Source of the DNA: an uncultured Oscillospiraceae bacterium
Lineage (GTDB): Bacteria; Bacillota; Clostridia; Christensenellales; CAG-138
Assembly (NCBI GenBank): GCA_964467585.1
Contig: CAYXRF010000001.1
Span: 67,119-131,118 of the forward strand
Length of the DNA stretch: 64,000 nucleotides
Direction of reading: 5' to 3'
Shown here: positions 56,590 to 64,000 of the stretch, piece after piece
Position numbering within the stretch: the first letter of the stretch is position 1
Layout: every line of letters starts with the position of its first letter
Notes under the pieces: generated by a model
Databases searched by the model: none
What the model was told of the DNA's origin: nothing
Seen by the model: only the letters and a program-made list of their open reading frames with translations
Made by a program: the position numbers and the translations under genes

Positions 56590-58852
56590 ATAACAGCTCA
56601 TCCGGATTAATCTCTATCCCTCTGAAGCCTTCAACATTTGTTTCGTCCGCCAGACCCCAAAGAGCCGAGATGGCGTCTGATGTGTTTTTTGTGCGTGCAA
56701 GCTTGATAAGCACGGCATAGCGAAACAGTCCTGCCCTTTTTCTTATCGGAGCAGCATCTGCGGCAACGAATATCAGTTCCTTCTCGGCATTATGCGTGTG
56801 CAGGACTGAAAGCAAAACTTCCTTTGCATTTTCGCAAAAGCTGTTCGCGGCGTTGGCGGCACAGCTCTCGTCCTCACACTCAAACAATGCACGGGCGAAT
56901 ACCGCAAACGGAGGAAAAAGCGTGCGCAGTCTGTCACGAATCTCTAACTCATAAAAGCCAATATAATCATGCTTGGAGGCGTACTGTATCGCCCTGTGAT
57001 AAGGCGCGTTGGTCTGAATGACGACAATACCCTTGTTAACGCTTGCATCGCCCGCTCGACCGGCACGCCCCGCAACCTGCGTCAGTAATTGAAAGGTTCT
57101 TTCCCCGCTGCGGTAGTCCGAGTGAAACAGTGATGAATCGGCAAAAACGACTCCAACCAATGTGACGTTTGGAATGTCAAGCCCCTTCGCAACCATTTGG
57201 GTTCCTATAAGAACATCGGCGTTGCCGGCAGAAAAGCTGTCAAGTATATCACGGTGAGAGGTTTTGCCGCCGGTGGTATCAGTATCCATGCGCAAACAGC
57301 GAACGTTCGGCATCAGCCTTTTAAGCTGCTCCTCAACCTGCTGGGTGCCAATGCCCGAGTATTTGATAAAGCGTGAACCGCACGCGGGACATATTGACGG
57401 AACGGACGCGGAATAACCGCAATAGTGACAGCGAAGCTTTTCGTCAAAACGATGATATGTCATAGCAACGTCACAGTTGGGACATTTGAATACATAACCG
57501 CAGGCACGGCATTCGCCATGATAGGAGTATCCGCGGCGATTCAAAAACAATATCGCCTGATTACCCGACCCGACGCATGATAGCAGTTTTTTTTCAAGTG
57601 AGTTCGAAAAAATCCCATTGTTGCCGCTCATAAATTCTGAACGCATATCCACAATTTCAACCTCGGGCATGGGTATCCCGTTGACCCTTTCGGGCAGAGA
57701 CAGCAGCTTGTACGCGCCTTGCTTTGCGCGCAGATATGACAGAAGCTGCGGCGTTGCGCTGCCCAGCACAAGCTTGGCGGAATTCATTCGCACTCGTCTT
57801 ATCGCAACCTCGTCTGCGGAATATCGGGGGGAGGATTCCGAATGATAGGAGGGCTCATGCTCCTCGTCAATTACTATCAGTCCAAGCTTCTCAACGGGGG
57901 CGAACACTGCGCTTCTTGCGCCAACCACAACTCGCGCTTTGCCAAGCCGAATGCGCCGCCATTCGTCAAAACGTTCTCCAACGCTTAAATGACTGTGAAG
58001 AACCGCAACTGTATCGCCGAAACGCTTTCTGAATCTGTCGGTAGTCTGCGGAGTGAGCGCAATCTCCGGAACAAGAGCGATAGCGCCGCCTCCGCTGTCA
58101 AGCACATGCTGTATAGCGTTGAGATATACCTCGGTTTTGCCGCTGCCGGTAACTCCGTGCAGCAAAAAGCAATCGCCTGCATCGCCGTTGTTTATTGCCT
58201 CAACGGCAGCTCGCTGCGAATCGGTAAGACATGGGGGAGAGTCCCTTTCGACCGTATTTAAAAACGGACTGCGGAATGTCACCCGACCGCCCTCAGCCAA
58301 ATACCCTTTTTTGACAAGCACACGTAAAGCGGCGCCACTGTTGGGCACAAAAGCATACAGGTCTGATATCTCAACCTCAGAGTTCATTTTTGCAAGAAGC
58401 TCAAATACCTCAAGCTGAGTTTCAGAGCGCGGAGTACCATCTTTTTTAAGCAGCGACTGCCTTGCGGCAACAACATCAAGACCATCCGCAACCATAACGG
58501 TGCGCACGGTCTTTTCTTTCACGCCGGCTCCTCGAAGCTGTGCGGGTATCATCAGCCTTAACGCATCGCAAAGCGTGCAATGATACGCACGTTTTATCCA
58601 CTTTGCAAGGGCAATTTGTTCATCAAAAAGCACTGTGTAGGGCTCGCAGGGACGAATAATATCTTTTATCTCATAATCTGTATCATTATCTTTGCAGACC
58701 TCAATAACAAAGCCCTCGGTCGGACGATTGCCGCGACCGAAAGGAACAAGCACGCGCTGACCGACCGCAACGGAAATACCCTCGGGGATACGATAGGTAA
58801 ATAGCCTGTCAATGTGAGAATTTGCTATATCGACAATGAGCTTTGCAAACAA
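56588..58852 (-). CDS. priA: primosomal replication restart helicase PriA
   Basis: Walker A GVTGSGKTEVY, a DEEH box, and Cys4-type zinc fingers (CRACGYVFKCPNC...CHYCGY...CPACGS). I place the start at TTG 58852 (MFAKLIVDIA...). It must lie downstream of the rpoZ stop at 58884; the start is uncertain. Confidence 0.9.
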   Translation of the reverse strand: MFAKLIVDIANSHIDRLFTYRIPEGISVAVGQRVLVPFGRGNRPTEGFVIEVCKDNDTDYEIKDIIRPCEPYTVLFDEQIALAKWIKRAYHCTLCDALRLMIPAQLRGAGVKEKTVRTVMVADGLDVVAARQSLLKKDGTPRSETQLEVFELLAKMNSEVEISDLYAFVPNSGAALRVLVKKGYLAEGGRVTFRSPFLNTVERDSPPCLTDSQRAAVEAINNGDAGDCFLLHGVTGSGKTEVYLNAIQHVLDSGGGAIALVPEIALTPQTTDRFRKRFGDTVAVLHSHLSVGERFDEWRRIRLGKARVVVGARSAVFAPVEKLGLIVIDEEHEPSYHSESSPRYSADEVAIRRVRMNSAKLVLGSATPQLLSYLRAKQGAYKLLSLPERVNGIPMPEVEIVDMRSEFMSGNNGIFSNSLEKKLLSCVGSGNQAILFLNRRGYSYHGECRACGYVFKCPNCDVAMTYHRFDEKLRCHYCGYSASVPSICPACGSRFIKYSGIGTQQVEEQLKRLMPNVRCLRMDTDTTGGKTSHRDILDSFSAGNADVLIGTQMVAKGLDIPNVTLVGVVFADSSLFHSDYRSGERTFQLLTQVAGRAGRAGDASVNKGIVVIQTNAPYHRAIQYASKHDYIGFYELEIRDRLRTLFPPFAVFARALFECEDESCAANAANSFCENAKEVLLSVLHTHNAEKELIFVAADAAPIRKRAGLFRYAVLIKLARTKNTSDAISALWGLADETNVEGFRGIEINPDELL

Positions 58853-58883
58853 AACCGCACACCCCCCGACGCAAAACGTTGGC

Positions 58884-59096
58884 TCAGCGTTCTGCGGTTT
58901 TATGATATTCCTCCGGATACTCAAGCTTGAGTTCGCCGTCATACAGCTCCTCAACGGCAATGGAAACAGGCTTTTCAACACCCAAGTCCTCTTTGCTTTC
59001 CATCAGACGACGCGCACGCTTTGAAACGGCGGTGACAAGCATATAACGACAGCCTGCCTTCTGAACAAGCTCGTTTACGGGCGGATGATTCATCAT
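58884..59096 (-). CDS. rpoZ: DNA-directed RNA polymerase subunit omega
   Basis: RYMLVTAVSKRARRL motif, about 70 aa, positioned between gmk and priA. Confidence 0.9.
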   Translation of the reverse strand: MMNHPPVNELVQKAGCRYMLVTAVSKRARRLMESKEDLGVEKPVSIAVEELYDGELKLEYPEEYHKTAER

Positions 59097-59131
59097 AGTG
59101 GTAATACCTCCAATAAATACAATTTAGAATA

Positions 59132-59749
59132 TCAAAAGTCCTCTTTCAAAAGCAAGGATACAAAATCATCACAATTTGTGGGTGTAAGGTGCGCGCTGCA
59201 AATAATCTGTTCACATTGACAGACCGTAACCTCAAGATCGTCGTTGACAACAACAAAATCGTACTTTGGAGCGTAAGAAAGCTCCGTTTTAGCTTCGGCA
59301 AGCCTGCGTTCAACAACATCGCCGGATTCCGTATTTCTTCCGATAAGACGCGCCTTCAGGACAGACATGGAGGGAGGGGCAAGCATAATCGCCACAGCAT
59401 TGGGATAATTCTTTTTGACTTCCATCGCGCCTTTAACGTCGATATCAAGCAGAACATCCTTGCCACGCTCAAGCATCTCCTCAACATATGCCCTCGGCGT
59501 GCCATAATGATTGCGACCGAATACGTTCATATACTCCAGAAACTCATTGTTTGAAATCATTTGATTGAATTCATCCTCGGTTTTGAAGAAATAATCAACG
59601 CCGTTCTCCTCTCCGGAGCGCATAGCGCGGGTAGTTGCGGAGACAGAGAACACCATGCTGCCGCAGCTTCGCGCAAGCAGACGCTTTGCAACGGTGCCTT
59701 TGCCAACGCCGGATGGACCGGAGATCACAACGAGAATACCCTTTTCCAT
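59132..59749 (-). CDS. gmk: guanylate kinase
   Basis: P-loop ISGPSGVGKGT and a GMP-binding region (SATTR...E.NG.DY.F). Confidence 0.95.
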   Translation of the reverse strand: MEKGILVVISGPSGVGKGTVAKRLLARSCGSMVFSVSATTRAMRSGEENGVDYFFKTEDEFNQMISNNEFLEYMNVFGRNHYGTPRAYVEEMLERGKDVLLDIDVKGAMEVKKNYPNAVAIMLAPPSMSVLKARLIGRNTESGDVVERRLAEAKTELSYAPKYDFVVVNDDLEVTVCQCEQIICSAHLTPTNCDDFVSLLLKEDF

Positions 59750-59775
59750 ATAATTGCCTCCGAATTACAAGTCTG

Positions 59776-60654
59776 TTACTCGATATTCTGAACCTGCTCG
59801 CGGATCTTCTCAAGCTCCGCCTTGCCGCTTATTACAAGCGCGGCAATATCCTTATCGCTTGCCTTTGAACCGATTGTGTTGAACTCTCGATTCATCTCTT
59901 GAACGATGAAATCAAGCTTGCGTCCAACGGCGGCGTCGGAGTCGAAAAGATCGGCTGCGGCGGAGACATGACAAGAAAGACGAACAAGTTCCTCGTCAAT
60001 GCTTGCCCTGTCCGCAAAAAGAGCAATTTCGGTGGCAAGCCTTGCACGGTCAACCTCCACATCGGACAAAACGGACTCAATACGCTCATTGAGCTTGTCA
60101 CGATAGCTTTCAACCACCAAAGGTGCAAACTGCGCTATCGCGTCTCTAAGCTGAAGCACGATGTTTAGACGAGCACGAAGATCGGCGCAAAGCCTTGCGC
60201 CCTCAATACGACGCATTTCGATAAGCTCATCACACGCGGCATTAAGCGCGTCGGATAGTATTGATACAACCGCGTCCCTGTCCTCGTCAGCCTCAATAAC
60301 GTCTGCAACATCGGGAAGACGAAGCGCGGACGTCAGCGTCAGGTCGTCAGTAAGCCCAAAGGCTTTTGCCGCTTCTCTTGCGGACGTGATGTACGCCTCA
60401 AGCAAAGAAGCGTCGATAACAACGGCACGCGCATCGTTTCGGGTGTTGCGATAGGTGACAAATACATCAACGTGCCCACGGGTAAGACGTGCCGTAAGTA
60501 TGCGCCGAATGTCATCGTCAATAAACCCGATATGCCTGGGGGTGCGCAACCCAATGTCAAGGTATCGATGATTAACGCTTTTAAGCTCAACGGAGATCTC
60601 TCTGCCGTCTCTCAACACAGAAGCTCTGCCAAAGCCCGTCATACTGTATGCCAT
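59776..60654 (-). CDS. YicC/YloC-family protein (stress-induced endoribonuclease family)
   Basis: N-terminus SMTGFGRA...ELKSVNHRYLD and C-terminus EKIREQVQNIE, both hallmarks of the YicC family. Confidence 0.9.
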   Translation of the reverse strand: MAYSMTGFGRASVLRDGREISVELKSVNHRYLDIGLRTPRHIGFIDDDIRRILTARLTRGHVDVFVTYRNTRNDARAVVIDASLLEAYITSAREAAKAFGLTDDLTLTSALRLPDVADVIEADEDRDAVVSILSDALNAACDELIEMRRIEGARLCADLRARLNIVLQLRDAIAQFAPLVVESYRDKLNERIESVLSDVEVDRARLATEIALFADRASIDEELVRLSCHVSAAADLFDSDAAVGRKLDFIVQEMNREFNTIGSKASDKDIAALVISGKAELEKIREQVQNIE

Positions 60655-61110
60655 GCGACTTCTCCTAACAACTTATTAACCGAAACATTTTAGCATACTC
60701 GGCAGAAAAATGGAAGCATTATATTTTATTGGTTAATTTCCGAAGCAAGATCAAAACGCATCCCTTTTCTCAAGGCAGATTAAACCGCTCATTTCAGCTG
60801 CGGAATCCGCGATGTTGACGACACTATATTGATGGAAATGTGATGTACCACCTGAAGGGCATAGAAAAAGAGTTCGCCGACAATAGGTTTGACGAAAAAC
60901 CGCCCTCTCTAATGGGTCTTATGCGAACTCTGATATTACTGAATCAAACCCTTTCGCCATTGTCAAGACCTATGGCGAAAAAATTCATCCCAAGCCCGCG
61001 CACCCTGCGCTGCTAAGCGCGGACGCTATGCCGAAGATACTGTATCATGGGACTGATTACAGAGTTAATCATGATGCAACTGCATCAGTCACACAAAAAT
61101 GAATCACAGA

Positions 61111-61584
61111 TCAATATCGGTCACGCCGCAGTGAATCACGCCGCTCGATATCGCGCTTTGCATCGCGCTCGGCAAGCGTTGCACGTTTGTCATAAAGCTT
61201 TTTGCCCTTTGCAACGGCAAGCTCAAGCTTAACAAGACCATCGCAGAGATAGAGACTGAGGGGTATGAGACTGTAACCATCCGCCTGAGAAAGAGCCTGT
61301 AATCTGCGAATCTGACTTTTGTGGAGCAAAAGCTTTCGCTCACGAAAAGGATCTCGATTGAATATGTTGCCCTGCTCATACGGACTTATGTGCATACCGA
61401 CAACAAACATCTCGTTATCCTTTACGCGAGCGTATGAGTCCTTAATATTGACCTTGCCCATGCGGATGCTCTTAACCTCAGTGCCGACAAGAGCAATACC
61501 GCATTCATAGGTATCCTCAATAAAATATTCATGTCTTGCCTTGCGGTTTTCGGCAAGAATCTTTCGTCCAAGCTTTACAGGCAT
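61111..61584 (-). CDS. smpB: SsrA-binding protein SmpB
   Basis: [30 protein letters not shown]... is the canonical SmpB sequence. Confidence 0.95.
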   Translation of the reverse strand: MPVKLGRKILAENRKARHEYFIEDTYECGIALVGTEVKSIRMGKVNIKDSYARVKDNEMFVVGMHISPYEQGNIFNRDPFRERKLLLHKSQIRRLQALSQADGYSLIPLSLYLCDGLVKLELAVAKGKKLYDKRATLAERDAKRDIERRDSLRRDRY

Positions 61585-61598
61585 TGCTGCTCCTCAAT

Positions 61599-61636
61599 AA
61601 CAAAAATACAGCACCCTACAATAAGTCGAGTGCTGT
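61599..61636 (-). terminator. possible terminator between secG and smpB
   Basis: On the minus strand, ACAGCAC/GTGCTGT (7 bp, 15-nt loop) is followed by ATTTTTGTTATT. Confidence 0.45.
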
Positions 61637-61658
61637 GCAAAACGAGTTAAGCCCTCAC

Positions 61659-61970
61659 TCAGACAATGGTCTCAATAATTGAAACCATTGTTGTTGTAGT
61701 GGCAGACGGTGTAAACCACTTTGTAAAAGCAGGGATCAACAGCATAATGATCGCCAACACCGCAACGGCAACACCAAGGATCACTGTGATCTTCTGAAGC
61801 TGCTTTTCACGGCTTGCCTTTTTACTGCGCGAATTGCCGAACGATGTTGTGTCGGAACCAAACGCACTGCCAAGACCTGCATTCTTGGAGTCCTGCATCA
61901 AAACGATAACCACAAGCAGTATCGATGCAACAAGCAGGAGGATATTGACGATAAACTCAACGATATTCAT
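61659..61970 (-). CDS. secG: preprotein translocase subunit SecG
   Basis: Two TM helices with the LLQ-type motif (VLMQDSKNAGLGSAFG). Confidence 0.88.
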   Translation of the reverse strand: MNIVEFIVNILLLVASILLVVIVLMQDSKNAGLGSAFGSDTTSFGNSRSKKASREKQLQKITVILGVAVAVLAIIMLLIPAFTKWFTPSATTTTMVSIIETIV

Positions 61971-62078
61971 GGTACTTTCCTTTCAAAAATCAACTGCGAC
62001 AGCAATTATACCACTCATCCATAAATTATGCAAGCACAATTTCGACAGATTTACAAAGCGTATCGGTATATTTTTACT

Positions 62079-63641
62079 TTATACATCCTGCGGCACTTTT
62101 TTATGAAGAAGACAATGCCCGCTCATTTCATCAGGCTTAGGAATGCCCATAAGCATCAGAAGCGTCGGCGCAATATCCGAGAGCTTGCCGCCTTCAACAA
62201 AAGCATAGCTGTCTGCGTCCGCGCCTATGTACACAAGAGGCACTGGGTTTGTGGTATGCGCGGTCATGGGGCTCCCGTCCGGATATCGCATCACCTCGCA
62301 GTTGCCGTGATCGGCGGTTAAAAGACAACAGCCTCCGTTTGCAAGCACTGCGGATATGACACTATGTGCGCATTCATCAACGGCGTGGACGGCAAGCGCG
62401 GCGGCGTCCAGATTGCCGGTATGACCGACCATGTCCGGATTTGCAAAATTTAACACCATAAGGTCATAACGCTTGCTGTTGATGCGTTCAACTGCGGCAT
62501 CCGCCACCTCGAATGCGCTCATCTCAGGCTGAAGATCATATGTTGCAACCTTGGGAGAGGGGATAAGCACTCTGTCCTCACCATTGTTTGGCGCCTCAAC
62601 ACCACCATTGAAAAAGAAAGTAACATGCGCATACTTTTCGGTTTCGGCAACGCGCAGCTGAGTCTTTCCGAGAGAGGCGACGTATTCGCCCAGCGTTGCG
62701 GTAAGATGCTGGGGAGCAAAGGCAACAGAAACACGACCATCGAACGCCTTGTCATATTGTGTCATGCAGACGTATTTGACGGGGAAGTACCCATGCCTGC
62801 GCTCAAAACCATTGAAATCGGGGAAAATAAATGCTCGCGTAATCTCTCGTGCACGATCGGGACGGAAGTTGAAGAATATTACGCTGTCATTTGCGCCAAT
62901 CGTTGCCGTGGGCTTGCCGTTTGAATCAGTAACAACAACAGGAACAATAAACTCGTCCGTCACATTCTTATCATAAGAGGCTTTAACGGCGTCTCCTGCG
63001 TCTTTTGCCATTATGCCTTCGCCGTATACAAGAGCGGCGTATGCCTTTTCAACGCGTTCAAAACGATTGTCTCTGTCCATGGCGTAGTAGCGTCCCATAA
63101 CGGTTGCAATCTTTCCGCAGCCGATTTTAGCAAGCTCCGTACTCAATCGATTAATATAACCAAGCCCGCTTTCGGGAGGCACGTCACGACCATCCATAAA
63201 GCAATGGATATACACCTTGTTAAGTCCGTTGTCGTGCGCAAGCTTTACAAGCGCCAGAATATGAGCGAACGCGCTGTGAACGCCGCCATCGGAGCAAAGC
63301 CCCATTATATGTAAGGATGAGTCATGCGCCCTGCAATTATCGACTGCATCGATAAATGCGGGATTAGTAAAAAAATCACCGTCGTTTATGGATTTTGTGA
63401 TGCGCGTAAGCTCCTGATATACAACACGTCCGGCGCCAATATTCAAATGCCCAACCTCAGAGTTGCCCATCTGTCCATCCGGCAGACCAACGTCCGACCC
63501 TGAAGCGGCAATAAGCGTATGGGGATACTCTTTGATATAGGACATAATGTTTTTTGCACCGTCGGTAAGTATGGCGTTTCCGTCCTTTTCGGGACGATAT
63601 CCAAAGCCGTCAAGTATAATTAATGCGGTAAGCTTTTTCAT
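62079..63641 (-). CDS. gpmI: 2,3-bisphosphoglycerate-independent phosphoglycerate mutase
   Basis: N-terminus LIILDGFG, catalytic Ser region (GNSEVGHLNIGAGR), about 510 aa. Confidence 0.95.
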   Translation of the reverse strand: MKKLTALIILDGFGYRPEKDGNAILTDGAKNIMSYIKEYPHTLIAASGSDVGLPDGQMGNSEVGHLNIGAGRVVYQELTRITKSINDGDFFTNPAFIDAVDNCRAHDSSLHIMGLCSDGGVHSAFAHILALVKLAHDNGLNKVYIHCFMDGRDVPPESGLGYINRLSTELAKIGCGKIATVMGRYYAMDRDNRFERVEKAYAALVYGEGIMAKDAGDAVKASYDKNVTDEFIVPVVVTDSNGKPTATIGANDSVIFFNFRPDRAREITRAFIFPDFNGFERRHGYFPVKYVCMTQYDKAFDGRVSVAFAPQHLTATLGEYVASLGKTQLRVAETEKYAHVTFFFNGGVEAPNNGEDRVLIPSPKVATYDLQPEMSAFEVADAAVERINSKRYDLMVLNFANPDMVGHTGNLDAAALAVHAVDECAHSVISAVLANGGCCLLTADHGNCEVMRYPDGSPMTAHTTNPVPLVYIGADADSYAFVEGGKLSDIAPTLLMLMGIPKPDEMSGHCLLHKKVPQDV

Positions 63642-63656
63642 CAGACGATATCAACC

Positions 63657-64000
63657 TTAATCAAGTATTACCTTGGCAAAATCGTTAGGCTTTAAGCTTG
63701 CGCCGCCGATAAGACCGCCGTCTATCTGGGGCATGGCCTTCAAACCGTGAGCATTCTTGGCATTCATGCTGCCGCCGTACAGAATGCGTATGCCGCTTGC
63801 GGCGTCCGCACCATAAAGCCGCCCAAACGTGCTGCGCACAACGCCGACAGTTCGGTCAGCCTCATCATCAGATGCGGTTTTGCCTGTGCCGATAGCCCAT
63901 ATAGGTTCATAGGCAATAATTGTGCGGCAGGCGTCGTCAAGCGAAATGCCTTCATACGCTCCGCGAATTTGAGAAGAAAGAAAATCATCGGTGACGCCGG
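63657..64000 (-). CDS. tpiA: triosephosphate isomerase, C-terminal part (5' end beyond window)
   Basis: My translation of the open frame gives ...IIAYEPIWAIGTGKTAS...ILYGGSMNAKNA...DGGLIGGASL. The track shows only the last 60 codons, from an internal GTG. Confidence 0.92.
   Translation of the reverse strand, partial: GVTDDFLSSQIRGAYEGISLDDACRTIIAYEPIWAIGTGKTASDDEADRTVGVVRSTFGRLYGADAASGIRILYGGSMNAKNAHGLKAMPQIDGGLIGGASLKPNDFAKVILD

Noticed and set aside
60655-61110. tmRNA (ssrA) downstream of smpB
   Set aside because: I looked on both strands for the tRNA-like acceptor/T-arm (GGUUCGAnUCC...CCACCA), the 5' GGGG..GGAUUCGAC, and a tag ORF ending in AA-stop. None is present. The 57-codon + ORF at 60843..61016 has no SD and overlaps predicted hairpins.
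1-64000. CRISPR arrays, IS elements or transposases, integrases, prophage genes, restriction-modification or other defence systems
   Set aside because: I scanned the ORF translations and intergenic regions and saw no direct-repeat/spacer arrays, no DDE or serine/tyrosine recombinase motifs, and no phage structural or defence-type proteins. The window looks like core chromosome.

Overview
This 64 kb window looks like core chromosome of a Gram-positive anaerobe. It is Clostridia-like, and gene order and protein sequences resemble Oscillospiraceae/Ruminococcaceae; that placement is inference only. I support about 62 protein genes, one tRNA-Asn, one TPP riboswitch, and several promoters, operators and terminators.

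In window order:
- asnS 5' fragment
- A PuuR-like regulator plus potABCD (polyamine uptake)
- A LysR/transporter pair
- An RpiR/PHP pair
- Envelope proteins: a zinc-ribbon repeat protein, a SPOR protein, murA and an M23 peptidase
- ddl-murF
- A patatin/DUF421 block
- A MerR-flavodoxin-alcohol dehydrogenase module
- A GT2-GtrA fusion
- An ArsR/HMA/P1B-2 ATPase metal module
- A complete minus-strand dcw cluster (mraZ-rsmH-ftsL-pbp-murE-mraY-murD-ftsW-ftsQ-ftsA-ftsZ)
- maf and a degenerate mreB-like gene
- larEBC
- dnaD/dnaI-like loader genes
- TPP-thiT
- priA-rpoZ-gmk-yicC
- smpB, secG, gpmI and a tpiA fragment

I see no CRISPR array, IS or transposase, prophage, or recognisable defence system.

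The most unusual items:
1. A 279-nt structured non-coding insert splits mraY from murD.
2. A roughly 650-bp gene-free island carries strong hairpins and RBS-preceded Cys-rich micro-ORFs.
3. The structured non-coding stretch downstream of smpB has no tmRNA signature.
4. An MreB paralog has a destroyed phosphate-2 motif.

All calls come from reading the sequence and translations. No database search was run.
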